A stretch of DNA of 63,957 nt, the filler included, from Trichomonas gallinae (Eukaryota): NCBI GenBank assembly GCA_008369845.1. It is 7 parts of 7 records of this genome, joined end to end, with 100 filler letters (N's around TTAATTAATTAA, not from the genome) between each part and the next. Parts side by side here need not be neighbours in the genome. Positions count along the whole stretch, not along the records: positions 1 to 14,767 come from MRSU01000802.1; positions 14,868 to 23,876 come from MRSU01000804.1; 5 more parts are not named here. One strand, 5' to 3'. The number at the start of each line of letters is the position of its first letter. Within the stretch, counting starts at the first letter, position 1. A program made the position numbers and the translations under genes. Under the pieces are notes generated by a model, which had not been told where the DNA came from, made no database searches, and saw only the letters and a list, made by a program, of their open reading frames with translations. Positions 11,176 through 23,755 of the stretch are shown here, piece after piece.

Positions 11176-14100
11176 CTAAAGATCTTCTAATCTAACCTTC
11201 GGGGCGATTCCCATTGCCATTAACTCGTAGAAGAGGAGCTTGCATGCGTATGGCATTCTAACAATCTTCATGTGCTCCTTTGTCTTGCAGTGTGTGCAGA
11301 ATCCTTCGTATCCAATAAAGCCGCAGTTCGCGCAGACGTTCGCTTCATAGACATCGGAAGAAATAAGCATTCTCTCGTAAAGGATCGACGCGGCACCATA
11401 ACCGATGAGGCAATCTCTTTCCATTTCACCGAGTCTCATACCTCCCTGCCTGGAGCGGCCCTGTGTTGGCTGACGAGTGAGGTATTGGACTTGGCCAGTT
11501 GCACGAGCCTGCATCTTATCTTTGACCATGTGCTTGAGGCTCTGGTAGAAGACTGGGCCGAAGAAGATGTAAGCGTAGAGAGGCTCGCCAGTGATGCCGG
11601 ACATGAGCATGTCCTTGCCGGAGTATGAGTAGCCGGCGGCGATGAGATCTTCGGAGATGTCCTTAACCCTGTCAGACGAGAAAGCTGTGCCGTTGCCAAT
11701 TCTTCCTGTGAGGATGCCGACTTTGCCGGAGACAAGCTCGATCATCTTTCCGACAGTCATACGTGATGGGAAGCCGTGTGGGTTCATGATCATATCTGGG
11801 CAGATGCCGTCCTCTGTGTATGGCATATCTTCCTGTGGAACGATGAGACCGATGACGCCCTTCTGTCCGTGTCTCGATGAGAACTTGTCGCCGAGCTCTG
11901 GACGTCTGAAGTCGGCCGTCTTGATCTTGATGACCTGAGTTGTTTCTGTTGTGTAGACAGAAACGTTCTGGATCATGACTGGATAAGCGTTGTATCTGGC
12001 TGGCTGTGCCATGTATTTGGTTGGCGTCTCCTCGAAATTGAGCGGGACGTATTTGTTGGCGTAGAGCATACCTTTCTCGATTCTCTCACCTGGTCTGATG
12101 ATGCCGTCAGCGTCAAGAAGCGAGTAGGATGTCTGCGCGATAGTCTGTGGATTCTCTCTCTCGAGTGGGACGATTCTGTCGCCGATAACGCCACCCTGGT
12201 AATTTTTGAGCATGAGGTCGAGCTTCGAGAGGTAATATCGCCTTCCGAAACCTCTGTCGAGTGATGCCTTGTTCATTAGGAGGGCATCTTCAATATCGTG
12301 ACCGGAGTATGACATGATGGCGACCATAGCGTTCTGTCCGCAAGGCATCTCGTGGTATCTGGATAAACGGATTGTGCGTGTCTGAACCATAGGCTGCTGT
12401 GGATAGCAGTTGAAGTATGTAGACTTGTCGACGCGGTGCATGATGTTGAGCGCTGTCGGTCCGATGGCCTGCTTACCCATAGCGCATTGGTATGTGTTTC
12501 TTGGAGACTGGTTGTGGTGTGGGCATGGAACGACACCTGCGCAAACGCCAAGCATCTGCGCGTTGTGAATTTCCAAGTGAGTGAAGTATCTGAGCTCGCC
12601 TGGATTAAGCGGCGGGTCGTTGACGCAGTTCTTCGCCTCTTCTTCGACGTCCTTATCGTTGAAAGCGATGAGGCAGTCAGTCATCTCGTTGACGTCGACA
12701 TACTCGATGATGCCATTGTCCAAAAGATAGTCGAAAGAGATCTCTCCGCGGTTGACGCCGTCCATTAAGTCTTGTGTGAGTTTAGACTTGTGGTCCTCGA
12801 CGATAATCAGAGGCCTGCAGACACGGCCGGCTTCTGTCGATACGTTGATGCACTTCTTAGCTTCGACGATCCAGATTGCGGCGAACTTGTCGACCCAGTG
12901 ACGGCGGCGGAGCTGGCGGAACCTCCTGCAGATCTTGTATGGGTTACGGACGATGCCGATTGGCTCACCATTAAGCATAACTATGTAGTTGTTCGAGATT
13001 TCTTCGCCGGAGAAGACGACGAGTTCTTCGACACCGAGATCCAACAAAGTCCTTCTGGCGGGCGCTGGATCTGCCCAGACAGTGACGTGGACAGTTAAAG
13101 AGAAGTTCTTGATGAGGCCGCACTGAGCACCTTCTGGTGTGTCAGACGGGCAGATGAAGCCGAACTGCGAAGGATAAAGAAGACGGGCGCCGGCGACTTT
13201 CTGAGTTTTCTCGAAGTGTGACGAGATACGCGTAACCATGGAAACGAATTGGAGGTATGACATACGGCCGAGGAGCTGGGAAACACCAGCGCGCATCATC
13301 TTGAAACGAGTGATATTCCAATTTCCACTCGAGATGGCGTATTTAAGGCCGTGTGTAATAGTGTCGCTATGCATTGCTTGTGAAATATTTCCCGGATCGA
13401 TACCTTTCGATTTGTTGATTGTTCGAGAAACTGTTTTTTGCATTGATGCGTTGAATGTCTTGAAAAGATCTTCGAAGAGAAGCTCAAGAAGCTCACCTGC
13501 TAATTCAAGGCGCTTGTTACCGAAGAAATCACGTCCATCAACCATTCTCGAATCTAAAGCGCTCATTAAGAGCCAGCGAGTCATGAAGCCGACGAAAACT
13601 GATTTTCTGCGGAAGTCTGTAAGTGTTGATGGAATGTGAGGCAAAACCATTGAGCGGAGGAATTCACGTCCTTTATATCCTTTCATTGTGCGTTCTTCGC
13701 GAGTTGCATCGATACCGGTGATGTTTAAGAATTTAAGGCGCTTTTCAATATGTGTAATAGCTTGGTCTTGAGTGGCGATTTCGAGTTTGATAATTTCTTG
13801 AAGGCTGCTCATCAGCAAATGGCCAACAGAGCCAGTTGGGTCAACAAGCTGGATAACTTCTTGATCTGAAGTGACGCCCATAGCGCGGAAGAGGATGAAA
13901 ATTGGAATATCTTCACTAAGAGCGTTATGATGTAAAGCAAGAGTTTCTTTCTTCCAGATAAGTTCAATACGTGTCTTGTGCGTTGCTGTAGAGCTGTTAA
14001 CAACAGCCGTTTTTGTTCCATTCGCAAGATGTTCGATCAAAATTCGATTATATGGAGCCTGCTCTTGGACGTGAACTACTCTCTCAGTACCATTGATGAT

Positions 14101-14664
14101 GAAATAGCCTCCAGGATCATATCTGCACTCATCCAGTTTTGCGTACATTTCGTCGCTTGCTTTGTACAGATAGCAACGGCTGGACTGGAGCATGATTGGA
14201 AGCTTTGCAATGCATTGATTTGTGAAGGATTTTACTGTCGTACCGTTAATGAAGTCGTAATCGACGAGGACATTTCCAGCATATGTCTCGTCTGAGAGAC
14301 GGCACATTTGGGGTGTGAGAGATTGGTTCCTTATCTTTGGTTTGTCAACGTAAATGTTCTTATATCTGACTAAAACGCGTGGATTTTCTGAGAAAACAAC
14401 TTCTTTGTTTGCATTCATGATTTTCGTCAAACCAGACTCAACAAAGTCGTTAAACGAGTTCAACTGGAGTTTAATAAGACCGGTCGACTTTAAAATAAGA
14501 GGAATCAAGTTCCACTTCGAATCTGGATCCGGCTTCGTAACGTCAGAAGCACGTTTCGGTCCATGAGGATCATTTAAATCCTCCTCGGATATGGCTTGGG
14601 CCATGCTTGGAAGAGGAGATTCAGGTTTTGCGTTCTTAGCAAATTTAACATGATTCTCCGTCAT
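11176..14664 (-). CDS. RPC2: DNA-directed RNA polymerase III second-largest subunit
   Basis: GDKFSSRHGQKG, MNPHGFPSRMT, GGMRLGEMERDCL and C-terminal Zn ribbon. RPC2-type KWNLIP..GLIK and GNKRLELAGELLELLFEDLFK segments. Confidence 0.93.
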   Translation of the reverse strand: MTENHVKFAKNAKPESPLPSMAQAISEEDLNDPHGPKRASDVTKPDPDSKWNLIPLILKSTGLIKLQLNSFNDFVESGLTKIMNANKEVVFSENPRVLVRYKNIYVDKPKIRNQSLTPQMCRLSDETYAGNVLVDYDFINGTTVKSFTNQCIAKLPIMLQSSRCYLYKASDEMYAKLDECRYDPGGYFIINGTERVVHVQEQAPYNRILIEHLANGTKTAVVNSSTATHKTRIELIWKKETLALHHNALSEDIPIFILFRAMGVTSDQEVIQLVDPTGSVGHLLMSSLQEIIKLEIATQDQAITHIEKRLKFLNITGIDATREERTMKGYKGREFLRSMVLPHIPSTLTDFRRKSVFVGFMTRWLLMSALDSRMVDGRDFFGNKRLELAGELLELLFEDLFKTFNASMQKTVSRTINKSKGIDPGNISQAMHSDTITHGLKYAISSGNWNITRFKMMRAGVSQLLGRMSYLQFVSMVTRISSHFEKTQKVAGARLLYPSQFGFICPSDTPEGAQCGLIKNFSLTVHVTVWADPAPARRTLLDLGVEELVVFSGEEISNNYIVMLNGEPIGIVRNPYKICRRFRQLRRRHWVDKFAAIWIVEAKKCINVSTEAGRVCRPLIIVEDHKSKLTQDLMDGVNRGEISFDYLLDNGIIEYVDVNEMTDCLIAFNDKDVEEEAKNCVNDPPLNPGELRYFTHLEIHNAQMLGVCAGVVPCPHHNQSPRNTYQCAMGKQAIGPTALNIMHRVDKSTYFNCYPQQPMVQTRTIRLSRYHEMPCGQNAMVAIMSYSGHDIEDALLMNKASLDRGFGRRYYLSKLDLMLKNYQGGVIGDRIVPLERENPQTIAQTSYSLLDADGIIRPGERIEKGMLYANKYVPLNFEETPTKYMAQPARYNAYPVMIQNVSVYTTETTQVIKIKTADFRRPELGDKFSSRHGQKGVIGLIVPQEDMPYTEDGICPDMIMNPHGFPSRMTVGKMIELVSGKVGILTGRIGNGTAFSSDRVKDISEDLIAAGYSYSGKDMLMSGITGEPLYAYIFFGPVFYQSLKHMVKDKMQARATGQVQYLTRQPTQGRSRQGGMRLGEMERDCLIGYGAASILYERMLISSDVYEANVCANCGFIGYEGFCTHCKTKEHMKIVRMPYACKLLFYELMAMGIAPKVRLEDL

Positions 14665-14767
14665 CCTTTTTTTTTTAGATTTTTTTTTTTGAATAAGTCT
14701 GTCTGGTTCAAAAAGTGCCTTTTTTTTTTTTTTTTTTTTTTTTTTGATGGAAAAATTCTGCCTTTAA

Positions 14768-14867
14768 NNNNNNNNNNNNNNNNNNNNNNNNNNNNNNNNN
14801 NNNNNNNNNNNTTAATTAATTAANNNNNNNNNNNNNNNNNNNNNNNNNNNNNNNNNNNNNNNNNNNN
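14768..14867. other. Artificial contig linker
   Basis: 44 N + TTAATTAATTAA (stops in all six frames) + 44 N. Confidence 0.99.
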
Positions 14868-17800
14868 TTTTTTTTTTTTTTTTTTTTTTTTTTTGATCCG
14901 ATTTTTATTTTTTGCAGGGGCTGGCAAAAATAAAAGGGGGTAAATGCGGAATGGTTTTATATGATTTATGGTGTGTAAAAATGCTAATTAAAACAAAAAC
15001 TCGTTAAATTCTATGGAAAATATTTGATAATTTTGTCTTTTTTTCATTTTTTCAAATATATTGATAGAAATTCAACTTTATGTGTTAAATACAGTTGATG
15101 AGCGATTGCATCAAATGAATTTGAGTTTCTCTCAACTCGAGTCGACTAAGTCAAAAAATCAAGAATCAAAATATAATATGAAACAAAAGTAAAAAAGAAC
15201 GAAGAAGCCTTATATTGTTCTGATGCTTTTTTGTATGTAAACAAATACGACTGTAAAATTATTTCATGGAATTGAAACAAAAAGTAACGCCATCTTCATT
15301 TATAAACATATAATATGTATGTCAGCGCTTAATTGTATTGGAAAAGCGAATAAAATAATAAATTGAATTTGTTTCGATAGTGAGCAGAGTTGAATATGTT
15401 ATTGAGTCATATGGAGTAAATGATGATAATGATCGATAAAATATAACAAAAAAAAAAAAAATATGAATAATTTAAAATTCACACTAATTCTATCATGGAT
15501 GTATAATTTTAGTATCGTAGATCAATTCTTAAGATATAGAGCCAATGATTGATAATAAAAAAAGAAACGGAAAAGAATGCTTAATATTGCAATTTGGAAG
15601 TATGAGGACTGATAAGAAATATATGAAGCACCAAATTAAAGTGAATACGTGAGAAAATGAAGAAAAATGAGCAATATGTTGAGCCAATAGAAAAGTAGTT
15701 GAAGTCAATGATTTTATTTATATGATATATTGGACAATCACAAAAACTCTGATGGAATTTAAATTGGCATAGGCATAGATAGCCATTTGTAATAAGTTGT
15801 GGAGTGTAAAAATATGACATTTCACGTCTAAATTTTATGATAAAAATATTTATAACTATGAGCATATACTAGTTAATATATTGTGATTTCATTTGTTGGA
15901 AAATTATAGGTTGTCAATTTCTGACAATTTATGTTAAAATGAAAACTATATAATACAAACAATTTCCTAATTAATGGGAATAATTTCGTTATCAAAGTTG
16001 GACCAAAGTTCTCAATAATCATGTTCTGACAAAGAAAAATCAAAAATTGAAATGGTAATAGTATAGTAGTCAATTGTCTTCGCTTACAAACACGTTAAAA
16101 ATATTGAATTATAATAAGTCAATTTTTGAATGGAGTATTGATAATTATTTTATTACAATAGCAATTGTTAAAATCCATTTCAAAATTGAGATGTCGGATT
16201 ATGATTTTGATTGCGAAATAACGGTTTCATTGATTTTTATATTCTATTGTTTTACAAATTGATTAATATATCTAAATAATGAATTCTTATTTCAACCAAC
16301 AAAAATATCAAAATCTGACAGACATGATTTGTCAGATACAATTTTGCCTCTGAATAATTTATTCAGTTGAAATCAATATCAACTTTTGCCTATATAGCCA
16401 ATATTTTGATATTTATATGCAATGATGAAAATTTATTGAAATTGGAATTTTTGTTAACCTGCAATAGAAAAGCAGTTATTTCATTCAATATAATATTGTG
16501 ATTCTCTAACTAGTTTATAATTAAATCTATTTAACATTTTGATTTCATCATGATGTCGAAATAATGTCACAGGTTCCTTTCAGATAACAAAAATCTCTTA
16601 CTCCGTGACTGTTCAGTAAATCTAGTATTGATTGAATAAATGATGGTCCGTGGGAGATTGATATCGGAAAATTAAAAACACTCCAACCTTTATTTTTCAG
16701 TTCTTTGTATCGTATATGTTAAATTGATCAAATCCATTTTTGATATTAACATATCTGCAATTTTGAGTAAATCTCATTTTTCTTATAAAATTTTCAAAAA
16801 ATAGCGAATGGACATTCGTGTTGAATATTCTAGTCATCAACTAAACTTGATTTATTTTGCGGCCTAAAATAACAGTCTGTCAAAATCGTTGCTTTATCCT
16901 CCCTCTCAATTTTTTGTTAGATAAAAACGTAATTTCGAAAAATTTCCTAACTAGATTCGCAATAGGAACAATAAATGGAGTATATTTTGAAAGGTTCCTA
17001 GGATAATAATTCGCACTTTTCGATTTTCATTTTTAATATATCACTAGCCTCAATAATCCACATAGACACTAATTTTAGCAAAAAAAGAATAAGAATTCTA
17101 ATTGACACTTATGAAGATAAAATTATTTGATCATTTAATCCATTTCATGTCGTTTTTTAATATGTTATACCCTTCGACTCAATGTATTTTCTGTAATCTT
17201 TAATTAATGATGATATGCACAATCAACAATATTGATTTATCCACGATTCGTTTTAAATTTGGTATTAGAACACCAAACTGAAGAAGTTTATTAAGTTATC
17301 AACGAGAATAAGTTGAAACCTTCAATTTTCTGCATTGACAAAAACTTCAACATCAGAATTTCGGGCCAATACAATTAAATTAGAATCCTATGGGCTTACT
17401 ATAACGATCATCACCAATATTAATTGAAAAATTATATCAATTGAAATTTTTACTGAATTTTTTTGAATGAACATATACTCAATAGAAATAATTGTTCCAT
17501 TATTATCTATTCACTGCAATAGACATTTAATACTATCACGATTGATCATTTCACTTTTCATCTAATAATATTTCTTACAAATCTATTTATAAATTAAATC
17601 TTTAATTTCAATAATCACAATTTTTGAATATTAACAAAATTGAACTTTCATTCAAAACATTTTTTTAATTTGTTTGATATGTAGACATTTAGAAATATAA
17701 TTTTGAACACAGGTGGAATTTTTCATATCTTAACATTTTGTGAAAAGTTATGGTCCTTTACACAAATGATTCTTAATCTTGGATTCATTGCTCACAGTTG

Positions 17801-18236
17801 TTGTTCTACTTGATAGTTTTGGTATTTTGGCGATACTGCTTCATTCCGAAGCTCGTCAGACAATTTTTTGAAAATTTCATCCATTTATGTATGTAAATGC
17901 CCCAAAATCCTTGCATCACATACAATGGTTCCTGTTCTACTCATTCTACATATTTATACTATCTTTTAATATTTAGTTTTTTTGTCCAATAGATGAAATA
18001 TTTGATAAATCACGTTATATGCTGCGTAAAAATATTGTTTTCTCTATCTTCCATTTAACATATCACGTGAAAACTAAATTTCATTTGATATTAAAAAAAA
18101 ACAAGATGGAATAAATAGACATAATTATGATAAAATTAGTACAGTCGACATACAAAACAAATATAATAATAAAACAACGAACCTCCAAGATCAAATATCA
18201 TGATCCTTAAAGTCGAATAAATATCAAATAAAACAT

Positions 18237-19319
18237 CTAAATATCATTCAAAACATCGATATTAATATTATTTGAGCTGATGTGCTGAAAGAATGTTGAT
18301 AAAACAATATTTCTATTATTTTCAGCGGCATTAATTGGAGCATTTCCTTGTTTTGGACATGGATCAGCTCCTTGGACAATGAGGTATTTAACCATACGAG
18401 CACTGTCCACTCGACAAGCTTCAAAAATGAGAGAATCGCCATTTACACTATTTATGGCGTTTAAGTCCATTCTTTGTTCTTCAGTCAAAAATCGTAGAAC
18501 ATCTATATTTCGCGTACTTACTGCTTCGAAAATAAGTTGGTTACTTGGTGTAAAAGTTGATTTTGAAATACATGCATTCCAGATTTCAATGAATAAATCA
18601 AAGTGATAGTTTTCTATAGCTAAAATTAAATAGTTTGGATTGTAATCACGCAGTTCCTGCATCAGGAAACGGGGAATTTCTGAGTGGACATTTTCAAATG
18701 ATCTTTTAATTGTCATAGGGGTTACCATCTTTCTATTATATACTAGTCTAAATAACTCCATAGAAGCTCCCTTTACAGCAGCTTCGAACGTGAATTTGTT
18801 GGGTACAGCTCCATTTGTGATCAGGTAATTGAAAATTTTGATAGAATTTAGTGAGGCAGCAAGCGTGAGACGATTAGTTATAAAATTTGTTGATGAATCT
18901 GTGATAATTTCATCGATCTTTTGTGCTTTTGAAGAAAGTTCAATATCTAAACTTATGTACAAATCTATATTATCAGTTCCTATAGCTTCAATAAACTCTT
19001 GGGATAGTTTATTTTCATAGTCAGATAGTAATGTTCTGAATTTCGCATTTTTTGGATTTCTTTGCGTTAATTGGTAAAGTGTCTGAATGTCTATATTGGG
19101 ATCAATTCTATTCAACAATTCCCTCAGATATTTTGAGCGCTGTGTTGAGTGCGACAGCTGATGAAGAATCATAAATTGAGCCAAATCTAGATAAATTTTA
19201 TCTTGTTCCAATATATAATTTGCTGTGCTTCCTACTGTTTCCTCCTTTAAATCCATCAATAACTGTTTCATTTTTATGCTTACTTGGAAGTTTTTTTGAT
19301 TAGGCACAGCAAATTTCAT
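18237..19319 (-). CDS. Ankyrin-repeat protein (trichomonad DUF3447-like family)
   Basis: LAASLNSIKIFNYLI, AAVKGASMELFRL, AIENYHFDLF, GDSLIFEACRVDSARMVKYLIVQGADP. Confidence 0.85.
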   Translation of the reverse strand: MKFAVPNQKNFQVSIKMKQLLMDLKEETVGSTANYILEQDKIYLDLAQFMILHQLSHSTQRSKYLRELLNRIDPNIDIQTLYQLTQRNPKNAKFRTLLSDYENKLSQEFIEAIGTDNIDLYISLDIELSSKAQKIDEIITDSSTNFITNRLTLAASLNSIKIFNYLITNGAVPNKFTFEAAVKGASMELFRLVYNRKMVTPMTIKRSFENVHSEIPRFLMQELRDYNPNYLILAIENYHFDLFIEIWNACISKSTFTPSNQLIFEAVSTRNIDVLRFLTEEQRMDLNAINSVNGDSLIFEACRVDSARMVKYLIVQGADPCPKQGNAPINAAENNRNIVLSTFFQHISSNNINIDVLNDI

Positions 19320-20629
19320 TGAATCAATAAATAGTTTACAAAATAACAGAAATTTAACATTTTACAAACATTATTATAATAATCTTATATAGAGGGTTTG
19401 CTGTTAAAAAACAATTAGATCAATTTCAATAATCTATCGATTTTATCAATGAAAAGTGAAGTGTCAAAAAATTTGTGAAGTAGTCAATTTAATTCTTTGA
19501 AAATATTAAAGATTTGATTATAAAAAACTATACTACTAAGTGTGCTATATATGATTTTACTATCAGTTTATAGCAAATTGCGTTAAATTAATTTCATGAA
19601 AGTCAAATTAATACGATTGACATTGTTTGACATCATCAGTGCAATCCAAAGAGCTATTTAGTACCGTTTTTAAATATATGAGTTAAATATAATATCGATG
19701 ATGATTAAGTTGGTGCATGAAACAACTCAAATTCTAAAATAAGTTTGATTCATGGTGCTGACTATTGAGGCTTAAATAAAATATCATTATCCGATTTTTA
19801 CGAAGACACAATATAATTTTTCAAAAAAAAATAAACCTACCAAATATCTATTTAAAAAAATTATCCCTTTAAATCTGATTGTTTCATTAGCTTCATCATT
19901 TTTGTTTTTATTTTTTTTTTTTTTTTTTAATCGCAAGTTTATTCTACAGAAAATTCAGAGAAAATTATCCTCCACCGATATGCTTTCATATATTAATCAT
20001 TTAGATTCCGAATCCTAAAATTTATCCATCTTGTCAGATTCGAATTTTATTCATCCCCCGCCTCAATTTTTTGAAAACTTTTAACGTGTTTGTTTAATTT
20101 TATTCCTAAGTGCATCCTATTCTATAATAAAATGTTTTTTAAATAACAAGTTGTGATTTTTTTTCCTAGGAACAAATTTGAGAGGATGATTTTTTAATGA
20201 ATTTTATTTTCGGTTATCGTATTTAGTCCATCATGACCTATATTTATATATTATATCATTCACAACATATTATGATTTTGTAAGAACAGTACAAGAAATA
20301 AAAAGAGGATGAATAAATCGGAACTCTGGAAGCTATATTTCATTATATATATAATCATGATTTCATCATCAATTTGACTTTATCTGGATTATTTATTTTA
20401 TGGCTGAAAAATGATGATTGATAAACCGATACAATATTTTGGAATCTTCGGCCGAGAAGACAAGATTAATAAAATTTCAATGGAGAAATGAGGATAATAG
20501 ATGATGAATATTTTTCATGAGATTTTTAAATTATTTTTGGATAAATCGAAAAACAAATAAAGAAGTGTGTACGTTCAGAGATAACCTTTTTAATTTCGTC
20601 AGATTACTAAAATCTAGAATAGAACAATT

Positions 20630-21484
20630 TTATATTTCACTAAGAATCTTGAGAAGAGCATCGGCAGCAGTGCATTCCATTGTATACTTCTCGTCATTGC
20701 CAAGGAAAGCGCCAGAAGTGCGCTGTGCGAGTGTGATGCATACAGCACCGACGCGAAGTTGTGCTTCTGGGAACATTTGGCCTAAGAAACCGAGGATATA
20801 TGTTTCCATTTCGAAATTAAGTGATTCTGGCTCGATTTCTAAGATTTTCTCGATGACTTTTTCGTTGTGAGAAATGAAGTTCGAATCCTGGCGACCCTGG
20901 GAACCATAGAATGTATCAGCTGACCAAACTGGACCGATAACACTTCTATATTGTGGCATAGATGCTGTGAATTCCTTGTAGATGCGATTCATCAAATCTT
21001 CATCCAATTCAAATGGCTTCTTAGAGAGCTCATATGGGAATTCTTCGTTCTCATATGACTGGCGAATGCCATAAGCCTTGTTAGAGATGGCGAAGCAGCC
21101 AATGGGAACATCAGCATGAAGAGATCCGCATGTTCCGAACCTGATAAGATAGATTGGGCCATCAACAATAGCTCTGGCCTGTGTGACGAGCAAATCAACC
21201 ATTGTGAAGCCCATACCAGTTCCGACCACTGAAATTAAGACTCCGTTCTTCTTTCCAGTGTATGTTGTGAGTTGCATGTTGGATTTGCGGACGATGACTT
21301 CGAAATCCTTATCGAAGGACTGAGAAATCTTTAAGGCTCTATTTGGATCTCCAACAGTGATGATCCTGTTTGAAAGTTCGCCCTTCTTGCAGTTGAGTGG
21401 CTGAATGCGGCCATCAGCGTCAAAAGCGGATGTGGATGGATTGTCCCAGCGGAAGATTTTGTTCTCCATAATTTTTTTGGTCAT
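20630..21484 (-). CDS. Uridine/purine nucleoside phosphorylase (PNP_UDP_1 family)
   Basis: ITVGDPNRA, GTGMG, IRFGTCGSL, SADTFYGSQGR and NFEMET motifs. Confidence 0.93.
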   Translation of the reverse strand: MTKKIMENKIFRWDNPSTSAFDADGRIQPLNCKKGELSNRIITVGDPNRALKISQSFDKDFEVIVRKSNMQLTTYTGKKNGVLISVVGTGMGFTMVDLLVTQARAIVDGPIYLIRFGTCGSLHADVPIGCFAISNKAYGIRQSYENEEFPYELSKKPFELDEDLMNRIYKEFTASMPQYRSVIGPVWSADTFYGSQGRQDSNFISHNEKVIEKILEIEPESLNFEMETYILGFLGQMFPEAQLRVGAVCITLAQRTSGAFLGNDEKYTMECTAADALLKILSEI

Positions 21485-22157
21485 CGTTTTTATCGTCTTC
21501 GTCCCAATTTCATTAATATTATATTCTATATATGCTATTAATATTATTAAAAAAATATTTTTAAATTTGAACTGAAAAATAAGAAATTAGCAAGATAATG
21601 CTTGTTATATCATATAAAACAAGAAAAAATCATAATCAGAAACTGATTGAATCCACATGAAATTTCAATAAAAAAAAATTCCTTATTCTTTGTCATATGA
21701 CATGTAAATTCATTACAAAATCCAAAATCTTCATATTTTAATTTATCATATATCAAATAATATATGTTTATTTCCTTATTTTTGTTATTTGACATGTAAA
21801 GTGTATTACACCAGTTGGATTTCAAAATTAGACTGTATCAAATGAGGACTCATATAAAATGGTAAAGCAGTGGCTATGGCATTAGTGTTGCCTATATTTG
21901 ATAATTCTATGCTATATTGGTGTATAGAACTCCTTCGAGAAAATTAGAGAAGAATACTTCATATGAATCAGAAAAGATGCATGCTTGTGAAATATTGCAG
22001 TTAGATTTTTGTTCAAACACTGTCATTTATAGATGAAAAATGCAAATGTTTTGTAATTTCAACATTTTTCTTATGATGATAGGATTTTAAAAGAATAAAT
22101 AAGACTGATCAAATGTATAGATCTTATAGATTAAGTGATAATACTGTTTTATTCAGA

Positions 22158-22778
22158 TTAAATGATAATTTGTGGATATATCATGAATTGAATCCACATG
22201 GAATAGTGCAATTCACAAGTTATAGGAGCAAGTTGGATTGGACAATTAGAACCTTTATTACAAAAAGAGCCAAAAAAGTCAAGTTTATCGACCCTAAGTT
22301 CAGGTCTATTTCCACTGTTTTGGCCAAGCATAGTCATTTTAAAAGTTGAGTATGCTTTTTTAACTAATACTTTCTTAGTGAAAATTTTATTTGTTTCAAA
22401 AAGATCTGCGCCAATGACGGTATCTATAATTTCAAAATTGATTTCATCATTAGATCCTTCAAGGGTCCAATTTATAGGAGTATACCAAAAGTATTTGACT
22501 TCAGAAATTTTTGGAGATTTATAGGAATAATGAGTAAGATATATCTGTTTCTTTTTGAAAGTTACCGAAACAAATGGTTGTTGACCTCTGAATGGACCAG
22601 CTAAAATATGATCATCTACATTTTTATTAAAAGCTGTTTCACACTTAGTACCTTCAAGACAAACATTACACGTGCAGTTATACTCAGTCTGGGGATGTCT
22701 ATGGAAAAATCCATTTATGTCATTTTCTAATTTTGGCCAATAAAGGCCAACATTGATGAAGAAACTGGAAATAAACGA
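22158..22778 (-). pseudogene. F5/8 type C (discoidin)-like domain gene, 206-codon open frame with no start codon (absent from ORF track)
   Basis: Manual translation gives SFISSFFINVGLYWP..NGFF..VSVTFKKKQIYLTHYSYKS..PINWTLEGSNDEINFEIID..YSTFKMTMLGQNSG..LDFFG..*. An in-frame TAA lies immediately upstream. Confidence 0.75.
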
Positions 22779-23108
22779 TTATTTTGCCTTCAATGTTTTA
22801 TGATTTTTGTTATGTAAAGTTTAAAATCTTAATTACATGTCAAAATATGATATAGAGTGTTAAAAGACTTGCATATCAAATATTTATTGTTTATTGTTGT
22901 CAAATTGTAGCAAAAATGCCGGCCAAAACCTAGATTTATTTAATTTCAATATTTCAAAATCTGATTTAAAGTTCAAGCATTTGGTATAGTACTTATTGAG
23001 TTATTAGCTTAAATTCCTTAATGTTAAAAATATACATATTATTTTGGATTCTAACAAATAATAATATAAAATATAAGAAAACCATTTCAAATACGTAAGG
23101 CAAATCAA

Positions 23109-23755
23109 TTATGCGTTGATGCAGAAGCTGTCCTGCGTACTTCCAAGAGATGTCCTGATTTTTGGTCTAATAATTCTGCTTTTTGGTCCAAAAATCGGGT
23201 TAGACATCCTTTTGATCGAAAGGTGGAAGTTGTCGAACCTATGATCGAATTCTGGTGACAATCTAATTTTGTTCAACAATTGATTCACTGAAGCTCTTTT
23301 ATTTGGGTCAGCTTTCAAGCACATATGTATTTGAAATGAAAGGAATTGGTTCATATCCGCACTTTATTTCGCTCTCTAATTCAGAAAGCGTTGTTGACTC
23401 ATAAGGAAGATTTCCAGAGGCAAGCTGATAGAGTGTCACGCCTAATGACCAAATATCTGACTTCTTTTGGTCATGAGGGATGCCTCTGATGGCTTCTGGA
23501 GACATATAACAAAAGGAACCGCAAAATTTCGAAGTTTGTACATCACAAGGCTCTGTAAGTCCGAAGTCTGCTAATTTGAGTTTTCCATGATCTGTAATAA
23601 ATATATTTGCTGGCTTAATATCGTTGTGTGCATATCCGTTATCATGAACGAATTTAAGGGCTTCGAGAATCTGCTTTGTGTAATTGTTGTCCTTTAACTC
23701 CATGATAATAATATATTGTCTCTTTTAGGTTTCCACCAGAGCAATATTCTAATAC
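23109..23755 (-). pseudogene. CAMK-type Ser/Thr kinase pseudogene (two frameshifts, N-lobe missing)
   Basis: VLEYCSGGNL..GQQL / YTKQILEAL..HNDIKPAN..DFG..SPE..DIWSLG..PIPFIS / IHMCLKADPNKR lie in successive frames, with shifts near 23680 and 23330. Confidence 0.85.

Noticed and set aside
14665..14900. Long poly(T) tracts upstream of RPC2
   Set aside because: Homopolymer-rich contig edges, likely low-quality sequence
14868..18200. AT-rich 3.3-kb gene-poor stretch with short ORFs and coding-like fragments (similarly 24650-25060 and 27520-27900)
   Set aside because: Stop-riddled and no family recognisable by eye; possibly decayed genes but not supportable
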